NCBI GenBank assembly: GCA_050943215.1
Contig: JBMNOU010000004.1
Span: 4,363 to 68,362, forward strand
DNA: 64,000 bases
Direction of reading: 5' to 3'
From: Christensenellales bacterium
Lineage (GTDB): Bacteria > Bacillota > Clostridia > Christensenellales > SZUA-584
Positions within the stretch are counted from its first letter, which is position 1. Each line of letters starts with the position of its first letter. The notes below the pieces were generated by a model that was not told the DNA's origin, did no database searches, and saw only the letters and a program-made list of their open reading frames with translations. The position numbers were made by a program, and so were the translations under genes. Of the stretch, positions 39,468 to 47,271 are shown in pieces.

Positions 39468-39504
39468 TAATGATGCTAATGAGGATGAACAAGCATCATT
39501 TTTT
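39468..39504 (+). terminator. Rho-independent terminator after lpd
   Basis: 9-bp stem AATGATGCT / AGCATCATT (39468-39476 / 39492-39500), followed by TTTT. Confidence 0.75.
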
Positions 39505-39524
39505 GTTTCGCCCTAAAATATATA

Positions 39525-39553
39525 TTGACTCCGATGATAATACAGAATAAAAT
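39525..39553 (+). promoter_or_regulatory. Sigma-A-like promoter for the Mrp/NBP35 gene
   Basis: TTGACT (39525-39530), 17-nt spacer, TAAAAT (39548-39553). Confidence 0.55.
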
Positions 39554-39586
39554 CAATTGGCATATAACAAAAATGGAGATATAAAA

Positions 39587-40426
39587 ATGGCTGATTGCAA
39601 TCACTGCCCGTCCAAGGGTGAATGCCACTCGCAGGACACATGTAATATTAAGAACAACCCGTATAATGACATAAAGCGAGTAATCGGTGTTATGAGTGGC
39701 AAAGGCGGTGTTGGCAAGTCTACGGTTTCAGTGCTGATTGCAAAGGCGCTCAATGAGCAAGGGTATAAAGTGGGGATTATGGATGCTGATATCACCGGCC
39801 CGAGCATCCCTAGGCTTTTAGGCGTAAAAGATAAAAAAGTGGGTCAAAGCGGGATTGGAATCATACCCGTAAAGACAGAGAGCGGTATCAGTGTGATGTC
39901 GCTTAATCTGCTGATCGACAACGAGGAGCAGCCTGTGATCTGGCGCGGCCCTCTGGTTGCGAACATGGTCAAGCAGTTTTGGGAAGATGTATTTTGGGGA
40001 GATCTTGATTTCCTCATAATCGACATGCCGCCCGGCACAGGAGATGTGGCGCTCACCGTAATGCAGTCTATACCGATTAGCGGTATGCTGATTGTTAGTG
40101 TCCCTCAGGATATGGTATCAATGATCGTTGCCAAAGCGGTCAATATGATCAAAGAGATGAAGATCAGGCTGATCGGCATTATACAGAATATGAGCTATAT
40201 AGTGTGCCCCGATTGCGGCCGAAAAATAAAGATATTTGAAAGTAAGAACCTTAATCATCTATACCAGGATATTGGCATTAAACTGCTGGGCGAGCTGCCT
40301 ATGACGCAAGACATCGCGGCTATTTCCGATAAAGGCATTGGGGTTGCCGATGAAGAGACTAAAAAAACCTTTTCTGAAATTACTAAAATTGTGATAGAAT
40401 CAGTCAAGAAAGGTAGCGCCGAATAG
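39587..40426 (+). CDS. Mrp/NBP35-family ATP-binding iron-sulfur cluster carrier protein
   Basis: Cys-rich N-terminus (CNHCPSKGECHSQDTC), deviant Walker A SGKGGVGKST and a CPDCG motif. Start at the ATG at 39587 behind GGAGA. Confidence 0.85.
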   Translation: MADCNHCPSKGECHSQDTCNIKNNPYNDIKRVIGVMSGKGGVGKSTVSVLIAKALNEQGYKVGIMDADITGPSIPRLLGVKDKKVGQSGIGIIPVKTESGISVMSLNLLIDNEEQPVIWRGPLVANMVKQFWEDVFWGDLDFLIIDMPPGTGDVALTVMQSIPISGMLIVSVPQDMVSMIVAKAVNMIKEMKIRLIGIIQNMSYIVCPDCGRKIKIFESKNLNHLYQDIGIKLLGELPMTQDIAAISDKGIGVADEETKKTFSEITKIVIESVKKGSAE

Positions 40427-40492
40427 CACAGCTTGTTAGAAAACATTGCGCATTTTGAACACCCGAACGATTCACGGTATCCATATTATAAG

Positions 40493-40517
40493 AGGGCGGT
40501 ATGCCCTTATTTATTTT
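40493..40517 (+). terminator. Rho-independent terminator after the Mrp gene
   Basis: Stem AGGGC / GCCCT with loop GGTAT, followed by TATTTATTTT. Confidence 0.6.
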
Positions 40518-40676
40518 GCACCATCGTTAAAATCAGCTATGTTTAACATCTATTATTAGTACTTCTTTATACACTGCGTCATGCATCGGGATATCAAGTA
40601 ACACAAAAAAGCTCAAGGAATAATATATAGGTAAGTGGTTTTATACTGCAAAACTGATCAGGAGGCAAAGATAAAC

Positions 40677-41249
40677 ATGGCAGAAGTGAGGATACCGTTT
40701 TGCGCGACGGCAGAACTTCAACCACCATTTATTTTGAATGAAACATATGCTGACCCGAATGGCGTCAAGAGCGTCCTATTTGATATTAGCAATCTTAATA
40801 TAGCTGGCAAAGAGGAAACGGTAGATGTGGCGAACATTGGTCAAGTTCAGCTTTGTATATTTTATGTAATCGGAACGATACCATACATTTGCAACGTGTT
40901 TCCGATTGTACAAACTGATGCTACATCCGGAGTAAGGGAACAAATGGCAATATTCGATGGACAGGCGGGCAATACAGCAGCTGATTGTGTCGCAACAACA
41001 TCCGGCACCCCTTTAGGATGGCTTTCTGCGACAGGCTGCGTTAGTGTTGAAGCTCCCATCGGGGGGTCTAGTTCGTTCGATAACATACCGGTGATAGAAA
41101 GTGTGACAGTCGATGATCTTGCGGTTGCCAGCAATTTATCCTCGACGCTAATCCCCACCTGCCCGGACAGTGCCGCGCCTTGCGGAGAAGAAGGGAAAAA
41201 GGTGGTCAAATGGAGAGGTTGTTTTGTGATTACTACGGCCAGCGCATAA
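40677..41249 (+). CDS. Cys-rich hypothetical protein (190 aa), no family recognised
   Basis: ATG at 40677 behind a perfect AGGAGG RBS. No signal peptide or TM segment. Eight Cys residues; Gly/Ser/Thr/Ala-rich second half. Confidence 0.6.
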   Translation: MAEVRIPFCATAELQPPFILNETYADPNGVKSVLFDISNLNIAGKEETVDVANIGQVQLCIFYVIGTIPYICNVFPIVQTDATSGVREQMAIFDGQAGNTAADCVATTSGTPLGWLSATGCVSVEAPIGGSSSFDNIPVIESVTVDDLAVASNLSSTLIPTCPDSAAPCGEEGKKVVKWRGCFVITTASA

Positions 41250-41330
41250 CGACAAACGGCTTTTTATGCAGCTATAACTCCCATCCACCGCTTATAGGAT
41301 CTGCCGCAAAAAAGGCAAGGTTCGTTTGTG

Positions 41331-42701
41331 TTACATCTGATTCAACATAACAGGGCGTTCAGATCTTTTTTCTGCAGCCAAAAATCCAAGCGCCAATATA
41401 ACCGTCATGGCCTCTCCGGATGGGGCCGCTAGCCATACGCCCGTCAGTTGAAAGAAAACAGGCAGTACCATAACCGCAAGAATGATGAGGGCCTGACGGC
41501 TAAGGCTTAATGCCAATCCTTTTGTGCCCTGTGCACTCGATTGCAGATAAGCCGTTATCAGTACGTTAAAAGGCAACAACGGCAGATATATTGCCTGTAT
41601 GCGCAGTCCCGCTGCGCATACAGCCATCGTTGGTGATTTGGGGTCAAGAAAAAGGGATGCCGTCTTGTCCGGGAAGATTTCCATTATTCCAAACATAATG
41701 ACTGCAAAAACGGCGCCGAGCCCGATGCCTGTCCAAAGCGTTTTTCTAACACGCTTTTTTTGTTTCATGCCGTGGTTGTATCCCATGATGGGGCCGATGC
41801 CCTGCAGCAGCCCAAGGATCGGCATCAACACCAGCGTAATCAGGCTGTTGATTGCACCCATCGACGTGATGGCAGCGTTGCCTCCGTATTGCGAAAGCGC
41901 GACGTTCATAAATGTTGCAGAGATACTTTGACCGATGTTGATAACAAAGCTTGAAGCACCAGTTACACAAATGCTTTTGATTACCTTAAGACGCGGTCTT
42001 AAATTTGCAACATGCAGCTTCAGTAAGCTCTTTTTTGAAATGAAAAAGTAGCGAAACAGTATGGCGAACCCCATAAATTGGCCGATAACGGTCGCGATCG
42101 CTGCGCCTCTGACACCCATACCAAGCGGCACAACAAATAGGTAATCGAGTATGATATTTGTAATAGCCGAAACAAGCTGGGTCATCATTGAAAGGAACGG
42201 TTTACCTTCGCTGCGTGCCAGTGCGGCCATGGCAAATGACGATAGCTGGAAAACAAGCCCGAGAAGGATGATTTGCATGTAGTCATGCGCATATGGCAGC
42301 ACGGTTGGCGTCGCACCCACCAGCTCAAGGATGGACGGCAAGAATATCTCTCCAATGACCGCCATAGCGAAACTGCTTGATAAAGAAAGTAGCGCGAGAT
42401 TGCCATATATCCGGTTTGCTTGGTCAAAGTTGCGCTCTCCGAATTTGATCGAGACCATCGTGGCGCCGCCCACGCCAAATAACGTGCCCACCGCAAATAC
42501 CACCATCATGACCGGGAAAGCGATGGTTAGCCCGCCAAGCGCATCCTCTCCAACAAACTGTCCGACAAATATTCTGTCGACAATATTATAGATGGCATTG
42601 ACAAACATCGAGATAACCGACGGTACAGAGAATTTTATGATTAGTTTTAATATTGGTTCCGAACCGAGTTGTTTTGTATGGTCCAAAGCTACACGCCTCA
42701 T
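41331..42701 (-). CDS. MATE-family efflux transporter
   Basis: 456 aa with about 12 TM segments in the two-fold MatE repeat layout. Confidence 0.85.
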   Translation of the reverse strand: MRRVALDHTKQLGSEPILKLIIKFSVPSVISMFVNAIYNIVDRIFVGQFVGEDALGGLTIAFPVMMVVFAVGTLFGVGGATMVSIKFGERNFDQANRIYGNLALLSLSSSFAMAVIGEIFLPSILELVGATPTVLPYAHDYMQIILLGLVFQLSSFAMAALARSEGKPFLSMMTQLVSAITNIILDYLFVVPLGMGVRGAAIATVIGQFMGFAILFRYFFISKKSLLKLHVANLRPRLKVIKSICVTGASSFVINIGQSISATFMNVALSQYGGNAAITSMGAINSLITLVLMPILGLLQGIGPIMGYNHGMKQKKRVRKTLWTGIGLGAVFAVIMFGIMEIFPDKTASLFLDPKSPTMAVCAAGLRIQAIYLPLLPFNVLITAYLQSSAQGTKGLALSLSRQALIILAVMVLPVFFQLTGVWLAAPSGEAMTVILALGFLAAEKRSERPVMLNQM

Positions 42702-42907
42702 TTTAAATTACAGGGGAGAGTATACACATCGGATTTGTTTTTGTCAAGGCAAGAAGGCACTGGCAGACGCTGACTGGGATGTCGCTTAATCAGTAGAGAA
42801 TATGCCGTTCTCAGTCTGGTTTTACCGTTTCTTTATAATTCAGGTTTGGTAATATTAGCTGGCAAAACGCAGATAATAGAGTCAAAAGCACTAAAGGAGG
42901 ATTCTTT

Positions 42908-43075
42908 ATGGCTAAGGCTGGAATGCGCCGCCCAAGCCCGAGCGATCCGCACGGTACGGAAAGCAATAAGAAAACCAAGTTTCAAAAAAATACACGAGCG
43001 CCTGTTCCCGAGATACAGGGCAATGCAAAAACGGGAGGTGAAAAGGCGGCTCGTAGAGGGCGGGGCGGAAAATAG
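42908..43075 (+). CDS. Small (55 aa) highly basic protein, missing from the ORF track (below its length cutoff)
   Basis: AAAGGAGG at 42893-42900 lies 7 nt before the ATG at 42908. My translation is MAKAGMRRPSPSDPHGTESNKKTKFQKNTRAPVPEIQGNAKTGGEKAARRGRGGK, stop TAG at 43073-43075. The competing 95-aa track ORF (42846-43133) is in another frame and has no RBS. Confidence 0.5.
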   Translation: MAKAGMRRPSPSDPHGTESNKKTKFQKNTRAPVPEIQGNAKTGGEKAARRGRGGK

Positions 43076-43269
43076 TTTAGATTTGCTCCGCTGTATAACC
43101 CCGCCAGTATTAGGATTTTTTGTATTTGCTTGATACCGAATGGAACTAAAACCTTTAAACGAGGCATACTAATTCGTGTATAAAAACTCGTCGGCACTTT
43201 TCATCACGGCTATTAATAAACTATATTATGATTGCCGTGATAAGCAATCGCCAAAGGAGTCGGGCATAA

Positions 43270-43938
43270 ATGAACGGGTTTTCATACAGAGGTTTAAATC
43301 GTTTCAAGGATCCGTGCCGTTCAGGCAAGCAGTTTCCCCAAAGACAAGCCGCAGTAACCAATACTGCACCTCGGCCGGGCAAGAGGGAGCCGGCCGTTCG
43401 GCGGGAGCCAGCTATTCGGCGAGAGCCGGCCGTACAAGAAGAAATAGCCGTCCAGCAGCAGACGGCACAGGAAGAACAGGGTACGAAAGAAGAACGGGTA
43501 GTGCATCGGGAGTGCTTAGCCGCATACGGTTCTGTCTACCAAATCGGCACAGAAGAAGTTGTGGTTGCAGTTCCGGGGGAAATCGTCCCTGTTACATTCA
43601 GCGACAATGCGCTGTTAAAGAGGATACAGCACGAGCCCGGATCGGCAGAAATTTTTATCAGAGAATCGGGCGATTATCAAATCGATTTTACGCTGTATTT
43701 TACATCGACGGTTGCTGCGTTTGCGACATTCGCAATTCAGGCGGATTCTGACGAGCTGCCTGGAGGCATTTTCAGCAAAATGCTGAGCGTAGGGTATCAG
43801 GTGTTTTCGGGCGGTACAATGGCAGCGCTTTTTGCAGATGATCCTATCCGCATGATATTTACATCGGGAACGGCGGTTGGCATTACGCTGACAGGCGGCG
43901 ACGTGACCGCATTCTTAAACGTTAAAAAATTGGGCTGA
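43270..43938 (+). CDS. Protein with a BclA-C-terminal/C1q-TNF-like jelly-roll domain and an N-terminal charged hexapeptide repeat
   Basis: AAAGGAG RBS. The C-terminal ~135 aa follow the pattern I associate with BclA-type exosporium C-terminal domains (YGSVYQIG..., IFIRESGDYQIDFTLYF, FAIQADSDELPGG, AFLNVKKLG). The N-terminal part has (R/E)E(P/I)A(V/I)(R/Q) x4 and a Gln/Glu-rich linker instead of collagen GXX repeats. Confidence 0.55.
   Translation: MNGFSYRGLNRFKDPCRSGKQFPQRQAAVTNTAPRPGKREPAVRREPAIRREPAVQEEIAVQQQTAQEEQGTKEERVVHRECLAAYGSVYQIGTEEVVVAVPGEIVPVTFSDNALLKRIQHEPGSAEIFIRESGDYQIDFTLYFTSTVAAFATFAIQADSDELPGGIFSKMLSVGYQVFSGGTMAALFADDPIRMIFTSGTAVGITLTGGDVTAFLNVKKLG
43384..43455 (+). repeat. 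In-frame 18-nt tandem repeat x4
   Basis: Encodes REPAVR-REPAIR-REPAVQ-EEIAVQ. The first three units are near-identical at nucleotide level. Confidence 0.85.
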
Positions 43939-43957
43939 CGGCACACGCATGCAGCGT

Positions 43958-45457
43958 CTAACCGATCTTGACTGACAGTATATTTGCAAGTGTGCCGGCT
44001 ATCTGCGTGTTGTCCGTCAGTCCGATAAAAGAATCCTGCGATACGCCCATTACGCTCAAAGGTATTCGGGCGTCAGTATGCCCATAAGTAGTCCATTGTA
44101 TCCCGATGCGTTCAGCTACAATATGATTGACAGCAATCCCCGCTTCATTGTAGCCGGATGTGCTTTTGTTAATGTTGGCCATATCCATACCTTGTTCGAT
44201 CTTTGCTTTCTCTTCATGCGTTAAATCTTTGATGCCTATTGTTTCAAGGAAGTCAAAATATTCTTCCCTATCTTCGTCGGGCTGATACGCATAATGAAAA
44301 CCGTCGAGGAAGCTCATAGTAATCCCGTCCATCTGTTTAAGATCGGGGGGGGTGCCGGATTCATCTCCAATGATAAGTCCGCCTGTTTCATGGTCTCCGG
44401 CCACGATGATCAGCGTATCTTGCGGATACTCGCGGTAAAAATCGATTGCGGTTTTTACCACTTCATCGAATTCAAGTATATCATATACGGCTGCGGCAAT
44501 ATCGTTAGTATGGCACGCGTTGTCGATACGTCCGCCCTCTACCATCAAAAAGAATCCTTCCGGATCTAGAGAGAGAAGGTCGATAGCGGTCTGTGTGATC
44601 TCGGACAGGCTCATTATATTTGTATTTGTGTTAACACGGTCGAGTTCATACGGCATGTTGCTATCGGTAAATGCCGCAAAGACTTTGTCTCCTGCCCAAG
44701 GCTCATAGCTTGCAAAATCCGCTGTTCCCTGCGTACCCGCAAAAACATGATAACCCTTGTCAGCAAATTCTTGTATCAGATCAATATCGTCACTGCGCGC
44801 TGAGGTTATTTTCATTCCTAACGGGTCTTTTCCCCCCGCCGTATAATCTCCCGGCAAGAAATACCTCAGCCCGCCGCCTGCGAAGAAATCGACGTTACTG
44901 TCAAGGTAATCCTGTGCGATGCCGCTCTCGTCACTGCGATCCGCATTGTGCGCAGCAAAGACGGCCGCAGTCGCATCGGTAATGCGTTTCGACGTGATAA
45001 TGCCCGTTGCATAACCGATCTCCTGTACCGCTTCTGCCAGCGTTTTTGTGCTTTTACCGTTGGGTGTTACCGAAATATATCCGTTATTTGTTTTAACGCC
45101 GCAGGCCAGCGCCGTGCCGGCCGCCGCTGAATCAGTAATATCTGAATCAAGTGAGTATGTTGTATACGTCCCGGCTGTTAGCATCTGGTTCATTGCGAGC
45201 TTCGCGCTGCTATCACTGGTAATGTGCATAAGATACTCTTTGGCTATTTGACGCTGAGCTGCGCCAAGGCCATCACCTATTAAATAGAAAACATATTTGG
45301 GTATCTCGGTCTCTGTAGTTTGCAAAGGCATGGCCTCTGCGGTTTTCAAAGGTGCAGCCGTAGAGCTTGATTCGTTTTTTTGCCCGCAGCCAAAAATAAG
45401 CACAATCAGTGCAAGGCCTAAAAATAGTAGTATTTTTGCTGCTTTTTTGATATTCAT
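43958..45457 (-). CDS. Alkaline phosphatase (PhoA family) lipoprotein
   Basis: Signal peptide with lipobox LIFGC and active-site region DSDITDSAAAGTALACG. Metal-ligand region IVAGDHETGG. GGAGG RBS. Confidence 0.85.
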   Translation of the reverse strand: MNIKKAAKILLFLGLALIVLIFGCGQKNESSSTAAPLKTAEAMPLQTTETEIPKYVFYLIGDGLGAAQRQIAKEYLMHITSDSSAKLAMNQMLTAGTYTTYSLDSDITDSAAAGTALACGVKTNNGYISVTPNGKSTKTLAEAVQEIGYATGIITSKRITDATAAVFAAHNADRSDESGIAQDYLDSNVDFFAGGGLRYFLPGDYTAGGKDPLGMKITSARSDDIDLIQEFADKGYHVFAGTQGTADFASYEPWAGDKVFAAFTDSNMPYELDRVNTNTNIMSLSEITQTAIDLLSLDPEGFFLMVEGGRIDNACHTNDIAAAVYDILEFDEVVKTAIDFYREYPQDTLIIVAGDHETGGLIIGDESGTPPDLKQMDGITMSFLDGFHYAYQPDEDREEYFDFLETIGIKDLTHEEKAKIEQGMDMANINKSTSGYNEAGIAVNHIVAERIGIQWTTYGHTDARIPLSVMGVSQDSFIGLTDNTQIAGTLANILSVKIG

Positions 45458-45757
45458 TATAATGCCTCCGGATTAACGCGCATGGCGGAAAATGACTGCC
45501 TCTTCAATATAAAATAGTTTTTTTACAAATAGTTGTCAAGTTATTTGCCAAGGGCTCTTGTATTTATTTTTATTACCAGAGCATATTATTCATGCCGGAC
45601 AATTGTACAAAAACAGGTAAAAAACTAACAACATGACGACATTAATTAAGAACATTGATTCGCACAAATATGTATTCTATACCATATATTGTATAACAAA
45701 TTTATAAATATACATATTTAATATTTTTTATAAATTTTTATTGTTTATTAGAAGGAA

Positions 45758-45787
45758 TTACTGAATAAACACCGAATACAATACAAT
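45758..45787 (+). promoter_or_regulatory. Candidate dcw (Pmra-like) promoter
   Basis: TTACTG (45758-45763), 18-nt spacer, TACAAT (45782-45787), ending 5 nt before the first MraZ box. Other AT-rich hexamer pairs exist upstream, so the assignment is tentative. Confidence 0.35.
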
Positions 45788-45790
45788 GTT

Positions 45791-45837
45791 AGTGGGGAAT
45801 TATGGGTGACTATGGTGATAATAGGGCTGAAGTGGTG
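45791..45837 (+). promoter_or_regulatory. MraZ operator: five TGG(G/T)N-type boxes in exact 10-bp phase
   Basis: TGGGG at 45793, TGGGT at 45803, TGGTG at 45813, a degenerate AGGGC at 45823 and TGGTG at 45833. The array lies about 50-95 nt upstream of the mraZ start. Confidence 0.65.
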
Positions 45838-45888
45838 AAAAGTAGATGCTAATTCCATGGATAAGAACGGTACTGGGGGCAAAATGAA

Positions 45889-46323
45889 GTGAAAGGGTCG
45901 CTGATCGGGACTTATATTCATAACGTCGATGAAAAAGGCCGCCTCGCGGTTCCGTCCAAGATGAGGATGGAGCTGGGAGACCCGTTCTATATTACCTGTC
46001 TCACAGACGACTGCCTTTGCGCATACTCCGAGGAGGAATGGCAGAGGTTTGCGGACAAGCTTAATGCGATACCGCAGACGGACGCAAAGGCGCAGCGATA
46101 TGTCCGCATGATATTTTCAAGTGCATGCAAGTGCGAACCGGATAAGCAAGGAAGGGTGCTGCTGCCCCAGCTGCTTCGGGATCGCGTAGGTATCGAAAAA
46201 GAAGTTGTTACGATTGGCGCGTCATACCGTGCGGAGATATGGGCGAAAGAAAAATGGCAGCAATTTGTCGAAATGCCTGATGACGGCGATACGATGGAAA
46301 GACTTGCGGCTTACGGGATTTAG
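45889..46323 (+). CDS. mraZ: Transcriptional regulator MraZ
   Basis: 144 aa, GTG start. Two SpoVT/AbrB-like halves with DEKGRLAVP and DKQGRVLLP motifs; first gene of the dcw cluster. Confidence 0.9.
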   Translation: MKGSLIGTYIHNVDEKGRLAVPSKMRMELGDPFYITCLTDDCLCAYSEEEWQRFADKLNAIPQTDAKAQRYVRMIFSSACKCEPDKQGRVLLPQLLRDRVGIEKEVVTIGASYRAEIWAKEKWQQFVEMPDDGDTMERLAAYGI

Positions 46324-46326
46324 AGG

Positions 46327-47259
46327 ATGGAACATAAAACGGTATTGCTCAAAGAAACGGTAGACGCGCTGAACTTAAGACCGGGAATGACGGTGGTTGA
46401 TGGCACGGTAGGCGGCGGCGGTCATGCAGAGGCAATATTGTCCAAAATAACGCCGGGCGGCAGGCTGATCGCCATAGACAAAGATGAATATGCGATTGAT
46501 ACAGCAAAAAGAAGGCTAAAGGATTACTGGGAAAATATCATTTTTGTCCATGATGATTTTCGGAATATCAAAAGCATACTCAGTATGCTTGATATAAATG
46601 GAATAGACGGAGCGGTGCTGGACCTTGGAGTCTCATCGTTCCAGCTTGACCAATGTAAACGGGGGTTCTCATATAACCAAGACTCAAGGCTTGATATGCG
46701 CATGAATATAAAAGATAAAACATGCGCCGCAGACATAGTCAATAACTATGCGCAGCAGGACCTTGAGCGCATACTGCGTGATTACGGTGAGGAAAGATGG
46801 GCCGCCAGAATCGCTGAGTTTATTGTGAGGGAACGAAGCGAGAGGCCCATTGAAACCACCGGCGATCTTGTCGAGGTTATTAAAAAAGCTATTCCAAGCA
46901 GTGCCCGCAGAGACGGGCCACATCCCGCAAGACGTAGTTTTCAGGCGCTGAGGATCGAGGTCAATGGAGAACTTGACGCGATCAAGACAGCGCTGTTCGA
47001 TTTTGCGCAGGCACTTTTAGGCGGGGCAAGAATTGCGGTGATCACATTTCATTCATTGGAAGATCGGATCGTCAAACAGGAATTCCGACGTTTTGCCAAC
47101 CCATGTGAATGCCCGAGCCATTTTCCTGTATGTGTTTGCGGCAAGGTATCGATGGGCAGAGTGGTTACAAAAAAACCGGTGCTTCCTCTCGGCCAAGAGA
47201 TAGAACAAAATTTAAGATCGAGAAGCGCTAAGCTAAGAGTATTTGAAGCACGTAAATAA
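46327..47259 (+). CDS. rsmH: 16S rRNA (cytosine1402-N4)-methyltransferase
   Basis: DGTVGGGGHAEAIL SAM motif and DLGVSSFQLD; position after mraZ. Confidence 0.9.
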   Translation: MEHKTVLLKETVDALNLRPGMTVVDGTVGGGGHAEAILSKITPGGRLIAIDKDEYAIDTAKRRLKDYWENIIFVHDDFRNIKSILSMLDINGIDGAVLDLGVSSFQLDQCKRGFSYNQDSRLDMRMNIKDKTCAADIVNNYAQQDLERILRDYGEERWAARIAEFIVRERSERPIETTGDLVEVIKKAIPSSARRDGPHPARRSFQALRIEVNGELDAIKTALFDFAQALLGGARIAVITFHSLEDRIVKQEFRRFANPCECPSHFPVCVCGKVSMGRVVTKKPVLPLGQEIEQNLRSRSAKLRVFEARK

Positions 47260-47271
47260 TGGAGGCCTACC

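Noticed and set aside
42846-43133. 95-aa ORF from the track covering the small-ORF region
   Set aside because: No RBS and an odd composition. The 42908-43075 frame has a perfect AAAGGAGG with 7-nt spacing, so I called that one instead, at moderate confidence.
43176-43751. 191-aa Arg/Ser/Gly-rich ORF overlapping the 43270 gene in another frame
   Set aside because: Low-complexity translation of a GC-rich repeat region with no RBS. The 43270 frame has an AAAGGAG RBS and a recognisable C-terminal domain.
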